DNA of 64,000 bases from Pseudomonadota bacterium (lineage in GTDB: Bacteria; Pseudomonadota; Alphaproteobacteria; UBA2136; JASBTF01), in NCBI GenBank assembly GCA_030148545.1, contig JASBTF010000001.1:262833-326832 (forward strand). The letters are read 5' to 3'. A program made the position numbers and the translations under genes. Shown here one piece after another: positions 16,283 through 26,480 of this stretch. Within the stretch, counting starts at the first letter, position 1. Every line of letters starts with the position of its first letter. Under the pieces are notes generated by a model. It was not told where the DNA came from. It did no database searches and saw nothing but the letters and a program-made list of their open reading frames with translations.

Positions 16283-16378
16283 GGTTTGATACAGCGGCGC
16301 AGTCGGCAAAGCCGCTGCTTGCTGCCAAGGACACCTTGGAACCGCGCCAACCCACTCGCTTACGCGAGCTGGGGATGG
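16283..16378 (+). repeat. ~96-nt three-hairpin repeat element, copy A (copy B at 52728-52823)
   Basis: cagcggc/gccgctg, ccaagg-acac-ccttgg, ctcgc-ttac-gcgag; alignable to copy B with compensatory stem changes. Confidence 0.6.
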
Positions 16379-16470
16379 CGAACAAGCAACGCTGCTGGTA
16401 GTTTTCTTTGAATACTTCTTTAAAAAAGCGCAAGAGCTTGGCATACTGCCCCAAACAACAAAAAGTGACG

Positions 16471-17907
16471 ATGATGAGCAAGTTGATCCCTATTACTTAC
16501 GCCACTGGTGATGGCATTGGCCCAGAGATTATGGGCGCCGTAAAACATATTTTTGATGCTGCCCAAGTGCCATTGGACTGGCAAGAGGTAACACTAGGCG
16601 AAAAAGCCTTTGAAGCTGGCATTATGAATGGTGTACCAGATGAGGCGTGGGAAAAAATTCGTGAAAATAAGGTTATTTTTAAAGCGCCACTTACCACACC
16701 GCAAGGTGGCGGTTATAAAAGCGTAAACGTAACCATGCGTAAGGGTTTGGGTTTGTTTGCTAACCTGCGCCAAGTACGCACGTACGAGCCGGTACTGAGC
16801 TGTAAGCATCAAAAGGTGGATATGGTAATTGTGCGTGAGAACGAGGAAGATTTATACGCTGGTATTGAGTATCAGCAAACATCGGAATCTGTGATGGCTA
16901 TTAAGCTACTTACCTATAAAGGCACACAGCAAATTTTGCGCTATGCATTTGACTATGCAAAGGCGCATGGCCGCAAAAAAGTGAGCTTGATGGTGAAAGA
17001 TAACATCATGAAAATAGCCGATGGTTTGTACCACCAGCTATTTAAGGAGATTGCAGCCGAATACCCAGAAATTGAGCATGATGTTTACATTGTAGATATT
17101 GGTATGGCACGGGTGGCAGATACACCTGAAAACTTTGATGTGCTGGTAACGCTTAACTTGTATGGCGATATTGTGTCTGATATTGCGAGCCAAATTTGCG
17201 GTAGCGTAGGCTTGGCTGGTAGTGCCAATATTGGTCGTGAAGCTGCTATGTTTGAGGCCGTACACGGCAGTGCACCAGATATTAGCGGTAAAGGAATTGC
17301 TAATCCATCAGGTTTGCTCAACGCTGGCTTGCTTATGTTGCGCCACCTTGGTTTGGGTGACTATGCAACGAATATTGAAAATGCGTGGCTTTATACGCTA
17401 GAAAATGGCCAATTAACTGGCGATTTGGCTAAATCGGGCGATGCGTTGAGTACGCAGCAGTTTGCCGAGGCAGTGGTTGCTAACTTTGGTAAAGCACCAA
17501 GTAAACTCAAAGCGGCAGAAAACCGTGAGGTACCGCAGGTGCCAGTAGCACAAATTGCCGATAAAGCGCCGGTAGAGAAAAAGCAAATTGGTGCTGATAT
17601 TTACCTAGAAGCAAGTGGTGTGAGTTCACAAACTTTTGGTGACCAGGTGGCGCAAGCTGCGGAGGGTATTGTGCCGCTGAACTTTATTTCTAGCCGGGGT
17701 CTTAAAATTTACCCCGGTAAAGACATTATGCCACGTGCCGATTTATGGCGCGCACGCTTTATGTATGATGATCAGCGTGAGGTAACAGCACAAGATATCC
17801 GCATGCTGCTTGCTCAGTTAGAAACGGCTGGTATTACTTGGGTTCAAATACAAACACTGCAGCAGTTTGATGGTCAAAATGCCTTCTCTGCGGCGCAGGG
17901 TGCATAA
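16471..17907 (+). CDS. icd: Isocitrate dehydrogenase with ~130-aa C-terminal extension
   Basis: GDGIGPEI, VRENEEDLYAGIE, NLYGDIVSDIASQ motifs; internal ATG (MMSKLIP) preferred over 16408. Confidence 0.9.
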   Translation: MMSKLIPITYATGDGIGPEIMGAVKHIFDAAQVPLDWQEVTLGEKAFEAGIMNGVPDEAWEKIRENKVIFKAPLTTPQGGGYKSVNVTMRKGLGLFANLRQVRTYEPVLSCKHQKVDMVIVRENEEDLYAGIEYQQTSESVMAIKLLTYKGTQQILRYAFDYAKAHGRKKVSLMVKDNIMKIADGLYHQLFKEIAAEYPEIEHDVYIVDIGMARVADTPENFDVLVTLNLYGDIVSDIASQICGSVGLAGSANIGREAAMFEAVHGSAPDISGKGIANPSGLLNAGLLMLRHLGLGDYATNIENAWLYTLENGQLTGDLAKSGDALSTQQFAEAVVANFGKAPSKLKAAENREVPQVPVAQIADKAPVEKKQIGADIYLEASGVSSQTFGDQVAQAAEGIVPLNFISSRGLKIYPGKDIMPRADLWRARFMYDDQREVTAQDIRMLLAQLETAGITWVQIQTLQQFDGQNAFSAAQGA

Positions 17908-17913
17908 GCGTTA

Positions 17914-18354
17914 ATGGTTGTTACACTACGCCGTGCACATCATGAGGATGTACCTGCTATGCAGCGTTGTGCGCAGCAATCACTATCTACAGCTTCAGCA
18001 CAAGACCGTGACTGGGTAGAGCAAAGCATGGCCGGGCTAACTGGCCGGCTAGATGTGCCTTTTGCACAATTTTTGTTAGCAGAAGATGATGGCACATTAG
18101 TTGGCTTTGCCGGTGTTGTTGGCTCACAGGTGACCGATGTTTATGTACAGCACGACCGACAAAAACAAGGCATTGGTCAGCAGTTGTTAGAAGCCTTAAT
18201 CAGTAAACGTGGCAATGTGGCGTGGTGGCATGTATTGGCTTTGCGCCCAGCGTTAGCGTTTTACCAAAAACTTGGGTTCTTGCCGCAAGGGGCGGCACAA
18301 CTACCCGGTTTTGTGTATGATGCAGAGCGCATGACACAACATTTTACGGATTAA
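17914..18354 (+). CDS. GNAT-family N-acetyltransferase
   Basis: VYVQHDRQKQGIGQQLLEALI (Q/RxxGxG acetyl-CoA motif). Confidence 0.7.
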   Translation: MVVTLRRAHHEDVPAMQRCAQQSLSTASAQDRDWVEQSMAGLTGRLDVPFAQFLLAEDDGTLVGFAGVVGSQVTDVYVQHDRQKQGIGQQLLEALISKRGNVAWWHVLALRPALAFYQKLGFLPQGAAQLPGFVYDAERMTQHFTD

Positions 18355-18439
18355 GTTACTGAAAAGCTGTTGCACAATGTGATACGTCACGTTAGAGTGC
18401 CGAACATAACTGACAGAAGATAATAAGGAAGTTCACGCC

Positions 18440-19006
18440 ATGCGTAACACAACTTTTACAAAAGTTTTGATGATTTCTGCCACCAGCCTGGCTTTGGCTG
18501 CTTGTGGTGCTAAACAACAACCTGCTGATGATCTAACAGCTGTACCAGATCCATCTGTACAGTCTGAGTCAAGTGGTGTTGATTCACTGGACGGCTTTGG
18601 CTACAGCCCAAGCGTTCGTAACGAACTAGAAGCACGCTCTGCTGGCGTTGCTGAAGGTTATGATTTTGTAGTGGGCGAAACCGATCGTGTATTCTTTGGT
18701 TTCGACTCTTCAGCTCTTTCTAAGGATGCGCAAATGCGTCTGCAAGAAGTAGCAAGCTACCTAAAAGCTAAAGACATTCGCCGTGTGACTGTTGAAGGTC
18801 ACTGCGATGAGCGTGGTACACGCGAATATAACTTGGCACTGGGCGACCGTCGTGCCGTAGCGGCTAAAAAATACCTGGTTGGCCTAGGTGTTGATGAAAG
18901 CCGTATTACAACCATTAGTTTTGGTAAGGAGCGTCCTGCCAATGCTGCTCACAACGAAGGCGCATGGTCTGAGAACCGTCGTGCTGTAGTGGTTGTAGTT
19001 GAGTAA
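18440..19006 (+). CDS. pal: Peptidoglycan-associated lipoprotein
   Basis: Lipobox LAAC; OmpA-like GHCDERGTREYNLALGDRRA. Confidence 0.9.
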   Translation: MRNTTFTKVLMISATSLALAACGAKQQPADDLTAVPDPSVQSESSGVDSLDGFGYSPSVRNELEARSAGVAEGYDFVVGETDRVFFGFDSSALSKDAQMRLQEVASYLKAKDIRRVTVEGHCDERGTREYNLALGDRRAVAAKKYLVGLGVDESRITTISFGKERPANAAHNEGAWSENRRAVVVVVE

Positions 19007-19025
19007 ACTGCGTTAGCTCTTAACG

Positions 19026-19898
19026 ATGCGCGCTCCTTTATTTCTGTTAGTTTCAGCTGTTGTAAGCGCTGGGCAAGTTTTTGCTCAGCCAGCTGAAGAT
19101 GGCGTTTCGGTTTTGGCCGACCGCTTGGAGCGTATTGAACGTCGTATTGTAGCACTAGAGGAATTCATTTTTAGCGATCAAGCTAAAAATGCGGCTACTC
19201 CAGCCGCTGCGGAGCAATCAGCAAGTACAGGTAATAGTACTCTGTTAGCTGATATGGAAGTTCGCATGCAGGAAATGGAATCGGAGAGCAAACAGCTTTA
19301 CGGCGGTGTTGAAGAGCTAGGCTATGGTGTACAGCAACTTGCAGAAAAAGTTGAGATGATCGCCAAAGACATCGAACTACGTTTGCAAGATGTTGAAACA
19401 ACCATACAGAACCCACAAAATCTTATTGCGCAACAAGCAACCCAAGCTGCAGAAGGCACATTGGCTGCAGATGGAGCTGAAGAAAATGCAGGCACGCCAC
19501 GCCTAGAAGAAATTCCAACTGATATCACCCCAGAAGAACATTACGAACGCGCCTATGGCTTGCTCACCGCCGCTGCTTACCCGCGGGCGCAGCAGTGGTT
19601 GGAAGTATTTTTGGAGCGCTACCCGGAGCACCAGCTAGCGGATAATGCTCATTATTGGTTGGGTGAGGTGTATTTGGTGCAAAACAATCCTCAGCAGGCG
19701 ATTATTGCTTTCTCTAACGGGTTGCAGAACTTCCCGCAGGGGGGTAAGGCGCCGGCTAACTTGTTGAAAATGGGTGTCTCTTTCCAGCGTATGGGGCAGA
19801 ACCAACATGCGCAGAGCGCTTGGAACAAGCTGCTGAGAGATTTCCCCGAGGCGCCAGAAGCGAAAATGGCGCAAACTCAGCTCGATTCTCTGAATTAA
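19026..19898 (+). CDS. cpoB: Tol-Pal cell-division coordinator CpoB (YbgF)
   Basis: Signal peptide, coiled-coil N-terminal half, C-terminal TPR (AHYWLGEVY....P..A...F); directly downstream of pal. Confidence 0.85.
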   Translation: MRAPLFLLVSAVVSAGQVFAQPAEDGVSVLADRLERIERRIVALEEFIFSDQAKNAATPAAAEQSASTGNSTLLADMEVRMQEMESESKQLYGGVEELGYGVQQLAEKVEMIAKDIELRLQDVETTIQNPQNLIAQQATQAAEGTLAADGAEENAGTPRLEEIPTDITPEEHYERAYGLLTAAAYPRAQQWLEVFLERYPEHQLADNAHYWLGEVYLVQNNPQQAIIAFSNGLQNFPQGGKAPANLLKMGVSFQRMGQNQHAQSAWNKLLRDFPEAPEAKMAQTQLDSLN

Positions 19899-19919
19899 TT
19901 CAGCCTGTTATTACATAAT

Positions 19920-20906
19920 ATGAGTGTTTTATTGCCTGATGATGTTGCGCCGGCAACGTTTGATGTTGTTGCTGCGGTACGACAATTTGTTGAAGATTAT
20001 CAGGTGGTTGCGCCAGTTGGTGTGGCGGTTTCGGGTGGTGGGGACTCCTTAGCGTTATGCCATGCGCTTTGCCAAGTTTTTGAGCCAAAAGACGTGATTG
20101 CGATTCATGTGGACCACGGGCTGCAAAATAATAGCCAAAATGTAGCAAATCAGGTGGTTTCCCAGCTTGCGGAATGGGGTGTTGATTGCGTGCTGAAACA
20201 GTGGCAAAAACCGGAAAATGATGCCGGAAATGTGCACCAACAAGCACGTTATGCTCGTTATGGGCTGATTGATTCTGCCGCACAAGAACGGGGTTTGAAC
20301 GGTGTGTTTACCGGCCACACACAGGATGATGTGTTGGAAGGCTTTTTTATGCGCCTTAACCGCGGGAGCGGGTTGACCGGTTTGTGTGGCCCGCACGTGG
20401 TGGGCAACATTGGTGGCCTTACCACGTGGCGCCCACTGTTGGCCGCGCCGCGTGAAGCGCTGCGAACATACCTGCAAAGCCATAACATGGGTTGGTATGA
20501 TGACCCTGCGAATGAGAATGACCAGTTTTATCGGGCGCGGGCGCGCAAAATGCTCAATACCTGGCGTGAACAGGGACTGGATGAGCAGGCTGTGGTGGCG
20601 AGTATCCGTAGTTTACAGCGGGCAGAGGGTGCACTGGGCGAGCTGACGGCCCAATTGGCTGAATATTATGTGGTGCCGCAGGAGGGTGGCGTGCTGATGC
20701 GTGATAGCTTTATGGCAGAGCCGTTGGAAGTGGCGCTGCGTTTATTGCAATTGGCCATTGTGCAAGTAACGAGTAACCCACGCTTGCCGCGCACGAGTAA
20801 GCAGCTGGACTTGTTACAACGACTGCTGGCTAATGAACAGCCAACCACGCTTGGTGGGGCACGGTTTGCAGCTACATCTGGCGGGTTTTTGGTTACTTTA
20901 GCGTAA
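19920..20906 (+). CDS. tilS: tRNA(Ile)-lysidine synthetase (short form)
   Basis: PP-loop VAVSGGGDSLAL; FTGHTQDD. Confidence 0.85.
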   Translation: MSVLLPDDVAPATFDVVAAVRQFVEDYQVVAPVGVAVSGGGDSLALCHALCQVFEPKDVIAIHVDHGLQNNSQNVANQVVSQLAEWGVDCVLKQWQKPENDAGNVHQQARYARYGLIDSAAQERGLNGVFTGHTQDDVLEGFFMRLNRGSGLTGLCGPHVVGNIGGLTTWRPLLAAPREALRTYLQSHNMGWYDDPANENDQFYRARARKMLNTWREQGLDEQAVVASIRSLQRAEGALGELTAQLAEYYVVPQEGGVLMRDSFMAEPLEVALRLLQLAIVQVTSNPRLPRTSKQLDLLQRLLANEQPTTLGGARFAATSGGFLVTLA

Positions 20907-21067
20907 TATCATCGTAGATAACAGTTCAGGTGCACTGTGAAATACTTTAACCTTCGTGGTGAGGGGTTGATTTTGGTGAGTTTTTTCTCTACATGTATGT
21001 TTATCGTATACTTTTTAGCCTGTACTCCCTGGGGGTGCGGTGATTTTCTTTTTGAGGAGAGCCTCCA

Positions 21068-21976
21068 ATGAAAAAGATTCTTTTTATGAACTATGGTTAT
21101 AGCCGTGATGTATGCTTGGGTTTGACGGCCTTGGTGACAAAAACATTGCCGCAATTGTTGACGGAAGCTGGTGAAGATTATGGTGAAGTGATGCGTGATG
21201 AATCACGCCATACTATTTTTCAAAATCGACACGCTGCACCTGAGAACGTGGTGCTCATTGATCCGTTAGGTCAATTTGAACATGATTGGCGGCAAACTCC
21301 TATCAATAGCAAAGCTGTTGGAGAGAGTTACCATTATATTAATATTCACCGCGTGCCACAGCAAGCTGAGGTTGTGCGTGATGTATGCCAGCACAGGTTT
21401 GGTGAAGTGCGTGATGGTGTTAGTTTTTCACGTGCAGGTGTTGGAGATGACTACTCTATTAACCTGAGCGCTGGTAACCACATTGCTTATGCCCATTTTG
21501 CTGCGTGGCGTGCACGTGGCATTACAGCAGTACCTATTGGTGTATCAGCTGAAGATCGTGAACATTTTCTGGAACGTTATCCGGCACGCTATGTAGTTAA
21601 ATCTTGTGCGAGCAAGATTTTTTGGCAAAAGTTTGGCGGAGCCTTGAAAAAGGCAATGCAGTTGATCCCCAATGGCGCGTCAATTGGCCAATACGTGAAA
21701 GTAAAAGGTACCTTTGCACTTGGCTTAGGTATTGATGCTGGTGATAACAGCTTGAACCATTGGTATAGCTCTGACGGTAGAATATTGACCAGCTCCGCTT
21801 TGCTGGAGCAGGAAGATTTGCCGGTGAGTAATTTGCTGATTCTTTGTCAGCGGTTATTGCTGGATTCTTTGTTTTCTACAGAAAATGGCTGGCAACTGGT
21901 GCCTGAGGAAATTTGGTGCCCCTACCCAGATTTGCTGGAGAAATATCTTTATAACAAACGTGAGGCCGCGGCTTAA
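21068..21976 (+). CDS. Hypothetical protein (orphan between tilS and ftsH)
   Basis: 302-aa ORF, GAGGAGAG RBS, own terminator; no domain recognised. Confidence 0.55.
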   Translation: MKKILFMNYGYSRDVCLGLTALVTKTLPQLLTEAGEDYGEVMRDESRHTIFQNRHAAPENVVLIDPLGQFEHDWRQTPINSKAVGESYHYINIHRVPQQAEVVRDVCQHRFGEVRDGVSFSRAGVGDDYSINLSAGNHIAYAHFAAWRARGITAVPIGVSAEDREHFLERYPARYVVKSCASKIFWQKFGGALKKAMQLIPNGASIGQYVKVKGTFALGLGIDAGDNSLNHWYSSDGRILTSSALLEQEDLPVSNLLILCQRLLLDSLFSTENGWQLVPEEIWCPYPDLLEKYLYNKREAAA

Positions 21977-21998
21977 CAGTAGCTGAACACTGAAAACG

Positions 21999-22027
21999 AA
22001 AGGCGCCCCTATTTAGGGGCGCCTTTT
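21999..22027 (+). terminator. Intrinsic terminator
   Basis: aggcgcccct-attt-aggggcgcct plus tttt. Confidence 0.85.
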
Positions 22028-22096
22028 GCGTGTGTGGTATTTCTTGCTTCGGATTTTCTTGCATTGGGGGTGGGGTCGCAGTAAGGTTTGGCGGCT

Positions 22097-24079
22097 ATGA
22101 AATCACCATTTGGTAAAAACCTGATTATTTGGGCTCTTATTTTCTTTGCGGCAATCTCTATTGTGCAATGGTTAAACGTGGATACGCAGCGGGCGCAGGC
22201 TGGCGCTGAGGTTAGCTACAGCGAATTTTTGAACTTGGTGGATGCGGGCTCGCTCCAGCAGGTGACTATGCGTGACCGTGCACTGAGCAGCACGCTGGAA
22301 GATGGCACTGAGGTGCGGGCTCGGGCGCCGTATGACCCTGACTTGGTGAAAGACCTACGCGCGCGCAACGTGGATATTCGTGTAGAAGAGGCAAGCAATG
22401 GCTCACCTTTGATGACCGTGCTGTTGAGCTGGCTGCCATGGTTGGTGTTTATTGGGATTTGGATTTACTTTATGCGCCAAATGCAAGGTGGCGGCAGCAA
22501 AGGTGGCGGTATGGGGCCGTTCAGCTTTGGTAAATCGCGCGCTAATATGCTGACTGAAGATCAGGTAAAATATCGGTTTAAAGACGTTGCTGGTGTGGAA
22601 GAAGCCAAAGAAGACTTGAGCGAAGTTGTTGATTTTTTGAAGGATCCGTCACGTTTCCAAAAACTGGGTGGGCGGATACCAAAGGGTGTGCTGCTGGTTG
22701 GTTCGCCCGGTACGGGTAAAACGCTACTGGCCAAAGCTGTGGCTGGTGAGGCTGGTGTGCCGTTCTTCAGCATTTCGGGCTCGGACTTTGTGGAAATGTT
22801 TGTGGGTGTGGGGGCTGCCCGTGTGCGCGACCTGTTTGAGCAGGGTAAGAAAAATGCGCCTTGTATTATTTTCATTGATGAGATTGACGCTGTGGGTCGC
22901 CACCGTGGTGCCGGTATGGGCGGCGGTAACGATGAGCGTGAGCAAACGTTGAACCAGTTGCTGGTGGAAATGGATGGGTTTGAATCCACCGAGGGGGTGA
23001 TTTTGATTGCTGCTACCAACCGCCCTGATGTGCTGGACCCTGCGTTGTTGCGCCCGGGCCGGTTTGACCGCCAAGTGACCGTGCCGCTGCCGGATATTCG
23101 TGGTCGGGAAGAAATTTTGAAAGTGCATATGCAAAAAGTGGCTTTGGCTGCGGATGTTGAGGCAGATGTACTGGCGCGTGGTACGCCTGGATTTAGTGGT
23201 GCTGATTTGGCCAACTTGGTGAATGAGGCTGCGCTGATGGGTGCGCGTCGTAACAAGCGCTTGGTGGATATGGATGACTTTGAAGCCGCTAAAGACAAAG
23301 TGATGATGGGTGCTGAGCGCCGCAGTGCGGTGATGACCGAAGACCAGCAGCGAACCACCGCTGTGCACGAGGCAGGGCATGCCATTTGTTCGCTGTTTAT
23401 TGATGGGCCGACTGACCCCTTGCACAAGGTGACAATTATTCCACGTGGCCGCGCCTTGGGCGTAACCATGAGCCTGCCGGAAGAGGACAAGGTAACGTAC
23501 GACAAGCCGTATTTGGAAAACCAGATTGCAATGCTGTTTGGTGGACGTATTGCGGAAGAGCAAGTGCTGAACCAAATGACCACGGGTGCTAGTAACGATA
23601 TTGAAAAAGCGACTGACCTAGCCCGCAAAATGGTAACCGTGTGGGGTATGAGTAGCCTGGGTACGGTGAACTATGGCCAAAAAGAAGGCGATGTGTTTTT
23701 AGGGCGTGACTACACCCAGCGCCAAGATGGTATTGCTGGTGCTACTGCTGAGGCGGTGGATAAAGAAGTACGCGCTATTATTGAGCGTGGCTACGAACGT
23801 TGCGCGGTGATTTTGAAGAAACATCGTAAAGAGCTGGATATGTTATCTGACGCGTTGCTGGAGCATGAAACGCTAGATAAATCACAAATTGATGACCTGA
23901 TGGCTGGTAAGGCTGTGGTGCGTAAAAACCGCCGTACGCCACGCAAAGCTGAAGAAAAAGCCACAGCAACAAAAGCTAAGGCATCGACCAAAAAAACATC
24001 AACCGCGGCTAAAAAATCTAAAGCTGCCCCCAAGAAGGCAACCGCAAAGAAAACGACTAAGACCTCTAAAAAATCTTAG
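22097..24079 (+). CDS. ftsH: ATP-dependent zinc metalloprotease FtsH with Lys/Ala-rich C-terminal tail
   Basis: GPPGTGKT-type Walker A (GSPGTGKT), [18 protein letters not shown] zinc site; TTG at 22088 is an alternative start. Confidence 0.97.
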   Translation: MKSPFGKNLIIWALIFFAAISIVQWLNVDTQRAQAGAEVSYSEFLNLVDAGSLQQVTMRDRALSSTLEDGTEVRARAPYDPDLVKDLRARNVDIRVEEASNGSPLMTVLLSWLPWLVFIGIWIYFMRQMQGGGSKGGGMGPFSFGKSRANMLTEDQVKYRFKDVAGVEEAKEDLSEVVDFLKDPSRFQKLGGRIPKGVLLVGSPGTGKTLLAKAVAGEAGVPFFSISGSDFVEMFVGVGAARVRDLFEQGKKNAPCIIFIDEIDAVGRHRGAGMGGGNDEREQTLNQLLVEMDGFESTEGVILIAATNRPDVLDPALLRPGRFDRQVTVPLPDIRGREEILKVHMQKVALAADVEADVLARGTPGFSGADLANLVNEAALMGARRNKRLVDMDDFEAAKDKVMMGAERRSAVMTEDQQRTTAVHEAGHAICSLFIDGPTDPLHKVTIIPRGRALGVTMSLPEEDKVTYDKPYLENQIAMLFGGRIAEEQVLNQMTTGASNDIEKATDLARKMVTVWGMSSLGTVNYGQKEGDVFLGRDYTQRQDGIAGATAEAVDKEVRAIIERGYERCAVILKKHRKELDMLSDALLEHETLDKSQIDDLMAGKAVVRKNRRTPRKAEEKATATKAKASTKKTSTAAKKSKAAPKKATAKKTTKTSKKS

Positions 24080-24110
24080 TTAATTAAGCGATTTCAAAGG
24101 AGTAGGATCA

Positions 24111-25481
24111 ATGAGTAAACGCCGTTATTTCGGGACTGATGGGATTCGTGGCACTGCTAATAAGGGGGCTATCCGCCCGTGTGTGGCTTTGCGTATTGGC
24201 CAAGCTGTAGGCCAAGTTCTGCGCCAGCGTAGCCGCCATGTACGCCCAAGTGTGGTAATTGGTAAGGACACGCGCTTGAGCGGGTATATGTTGGAATCGG
24301 CCTTACAGGCTGGTTTTACCAGTGTTGGGTTTTATTCGCTACAGGTTGGCCCGCTGCCAACACCAGCCGTGGCTATGCTTACCCGTACATTGCGTGCTGA
24401 CTGTGGGGTAATGATTACCGCTTCTCATAACCCGCATGAAGATAACGGTATTAAGATTTTCACCCCAGGTGGTGACAAATTGCCAAATGATATGGTGGAC
24501 CAAATTGAAGCACTGATTGATGACCCTGACAGTATTGAGCTTGCGAGCCCTGATAAAATTGGTAAAGCGGTACGTGTGGACGATGCTGTTGGTCGTTATG
24601 TGGAGTTTTGTAAAGCCTCGGTTGGGCGTGACTTTGACCTGAACGGCCAGCGCGTGGTGATTGATTGCGCTAATGGCGCAACCTACAAAATGGCACCAAA
24701 GATTTTTTGGGAGCTAGGGGCGCAGGTGGTGCGTGTTGGTGCTGAGCCAGATGGATTTAACATTAACCGCGGCTGTGGCGCGACATCGCCAGAAAAACTG
24801 CAAAAAGCAGTGGTACAGCATGGTGCACAGCTGGGGATTGCATTGGATGGTGATGGAGACCGTCTGATTATGGTGGATGACACTGGCCAAGTGATTGATG
24901 GCGACATGATTTTGGGCGCCATGGGCGCGTACTATAAGGAAAAAGGTACGCTGACCGGTGGCGGTATTGTTGGTACTGTCATGGCCAACATGGGGCTGGA
25001 AAAATTCCTAGAAAGCCAAGATTTAACGCTAACGCGCACTGCGGTGGGTGACCACAACGTGGAAAAAGCCATGCGTGAAGGTGGTTTTAACTTGGGTGGA
25101 GAGCCAAATGGTCACCTTATTTTTGGTGATTATGTAAGTAGTGGCGATGGTATTTTGGCGGCGCTGCAGGTGTGTGAAATGCTGAAAGAAACACGCCGTA
25201 GCGCCAGCAGTATCCGTAAAATTTACGAGCCATTCCCACAAACGCTAGAGAATATTCGTCTCCCTGAAGGGAGTGATGCTGGTGCGGTGCTGGAAAGTGA
25301 TGATGTGCAAGGTGCAATCCAGCAGTCGTCTGACCAGTTGAATGGGTCTGGCCGGGTATTGGTGCGTAAAAGCGGTACCGAACCGGTCATTCGCATTATG
25401 GTGGAAGCTGCTGATGAAGCACTGGTGCAACAGCACATTGAGAGCTTATCTGCCACTGTGAATAAGGTTGTTGCTGCTTAA
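24111..25481 (+). CDS. glmM: Phosphoglucosamine mutase
   Basis: YFGTDGIRG, TASHNPHEDNGIK, GDGDR. Confidence 0.95.
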   Translation: MSKRRYFGTDGIRGTANKGAIRPCVALRIGQAVGQVLRQRSRHVRPSVVIGKDTRLSGYMLESALQAGFTSVGFYSLQVGPLPTPAVAMLTRTLRADCGVMITASHNPHEDNGIKIFTPGGDKLPNDMVDQIEALIDDPDSIELASPDKIGKAVRVDDAVGRYVEFCKASVGRDFDLNGQRVVIDCANGATYKMAPKIFWELGAQVVRVGAEPDGFNINRGCGATSPEKLQKAVVQHGAQLGIALDGDGDRLIMVDDTGQVIDGDMILGAMGAYYKEKGTLTGGGIVGTVMANMGLEKFLESQDLTLTRTAVGDHNVEKAMREGGFNLGGEPNGHLIFGDYVSSGDGILAALQVCEMLKETRRSASSIRKIYEPFPQTLENIRLPEGSDAGAVLESDDVQGAIQQSSDQLNGSGRVLVRKSGTEPVIRIMVEAADEALVQQHIESLSATVNKVVAA

Positions 25482-25626
25482 GCTTCCTTACTTTAAATCA
25501 TTTGTTTGTAGCAGCCTGTATGGAGCAGGTTGTGTTGCGCTGCACACTTAGGTGCTTGTAAAGCAGCTCGTGGCACCCCATTATAAAGTTATCCACAGGA
25601 TGTGGGTGGTATAAGGAGATAGATTA

Positions 25627-26124
25627 ATGACACAAACACTTGCTGATTACTGCCGTAATGTTGCTGCTGGCGTTGGATATGACGCAGCGGCGATGAACCG
25701 TTGGAATTTAGATTTGGCGAAGCTAAAGCGCTTGGGCGCTGCTTTTCGCGCAGGCTGGCTGCATAATGTGATGAGCCGCATTACGCCACTTACATTGAGC
25801 ACCTCGCAAGATTACTGCGCTATGGCAGACTTGTTTGTGTGTACTGCAAACGATGCAGAAGGTTTGCTAGACCAGTTTGACCAAGAGCTAGAAATGTTCT
25901 GTGGTATGGCGGACATTACGGTAACACCGCACATGACGAGTGAAAATGTTTCTCCAGAGCTGAAGGCACATGTTGATTTGTATAATGCTGTGCAAGACGT
26001 ACTGATGGAAAAATTTGGTATTGAGCAGCGTGACCCTGTTGCTCAGCTTGGTGAAAGCACGATGATTCGCCAAGGTAGCGACGCTTTTGTAACAAACTTT
26101 GTACAACAGCGTTTTGCTGCATAG
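25627..26124 (+). CDS. Hypothetical protein
   Basis: 165-aa ORF with AAGGAGA RBS and terminator; no domain recognised. Confidence 0.55.
   Translation: MTQTLADYCRNVAAGVGYDAAAMNRWNLDLAKLKRLGAAFRAGWLHNVMSRITPLTLSTSQDYCAMADLFVCTANDAEGLLDQFDQELEMFCGMADITVTPHMTSENVSPELKAHVDLYNAVQDVLMEKFGIEQRDPVAQLGESTMIRQGSDAFVTNFVQQRFAA
26041..26069. terminator. Bidirectional terminator (overlaps the end of the 25627 ORF region and the cutA 3' flank)
   Basis: ccgccc-tttg-gggcgg flanked by aaaaaaa and tttt. Position check: the stem lies at 26148-26163, just after the 26124 stop; the 26041-26069 coordinates given here are ~100 nt too low. Confidence 0.4.
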
Positions 26125-26172
26125 GCAGAGCCTTACTTACAAAAAAACCGCCCTTTGGGGCGGCTTTTCTTA

Positions 26173-26478
26173 TTATGTGACGTCGTTGATCCAATTGAGA
26201 TAGCTTTGGCTCCCGGTTTGTATGGGGAGTTGAATAATCTCGGGCACATCATAGCTATGTAAATGCTGAATTTTAGATTCAATAGCGCTGTAATCAGCCT
26301 GTTTTGCTTTAATCATGAGCTGTATTTCGGGTTCGTGGGCTGTTTTGCCTTCCCAAGTATAAAAGCTTTCAATAGGAATAAGCTGGATGCAAGCAGCCAA
26401 TTTATCCTGTAACAACGCGGTGGCGAGCTGCTCTGCCTCTTCACGGTTGGGGGCGGTTGTTAGCACAATGCAGTACAT
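26173..26478 (-). CDS. cutA: Divalent-cation tolerance protein CutA
   Basis: 101 aa; ...VLTT.P..EEAE.LA..L...KLAAC.Q......S.Y.W.G. Confidence 0.85.
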   Translation of the reverse strand: MYCIVLTTAPNREEAEQLATALLQDKLAACIQLIPIESFYTWEGKTAHEPEIQLMIKAKQADYSAIESKIQHLHSYDVPEIIQLPIQTGSQSYLNWINDVT

Positions 26479-26480
26479 GT

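Noticed and set aside
15464-16444. 326-aa minus-strand ORF opposite the PKP lipoprotein gene
   Set aside because: The W/R/F/L-rich product is generated by reading the (CCA AAA CCT)n-type repeat backwards, and it spans the intergenic repeat element. The plus-strand gene has a lipobox and start/stop coupling to alaS.
22561-23628. 355-aa minus-strand ORF (with a 283-aa ORF in another frame) inside ftsH
   Set aside because: It is entirely antisense to a gene with unambiguous FtsH motifs. The translation is low-complexity (S/R/P/A-rich), and it has no RBS and no independent flanks.
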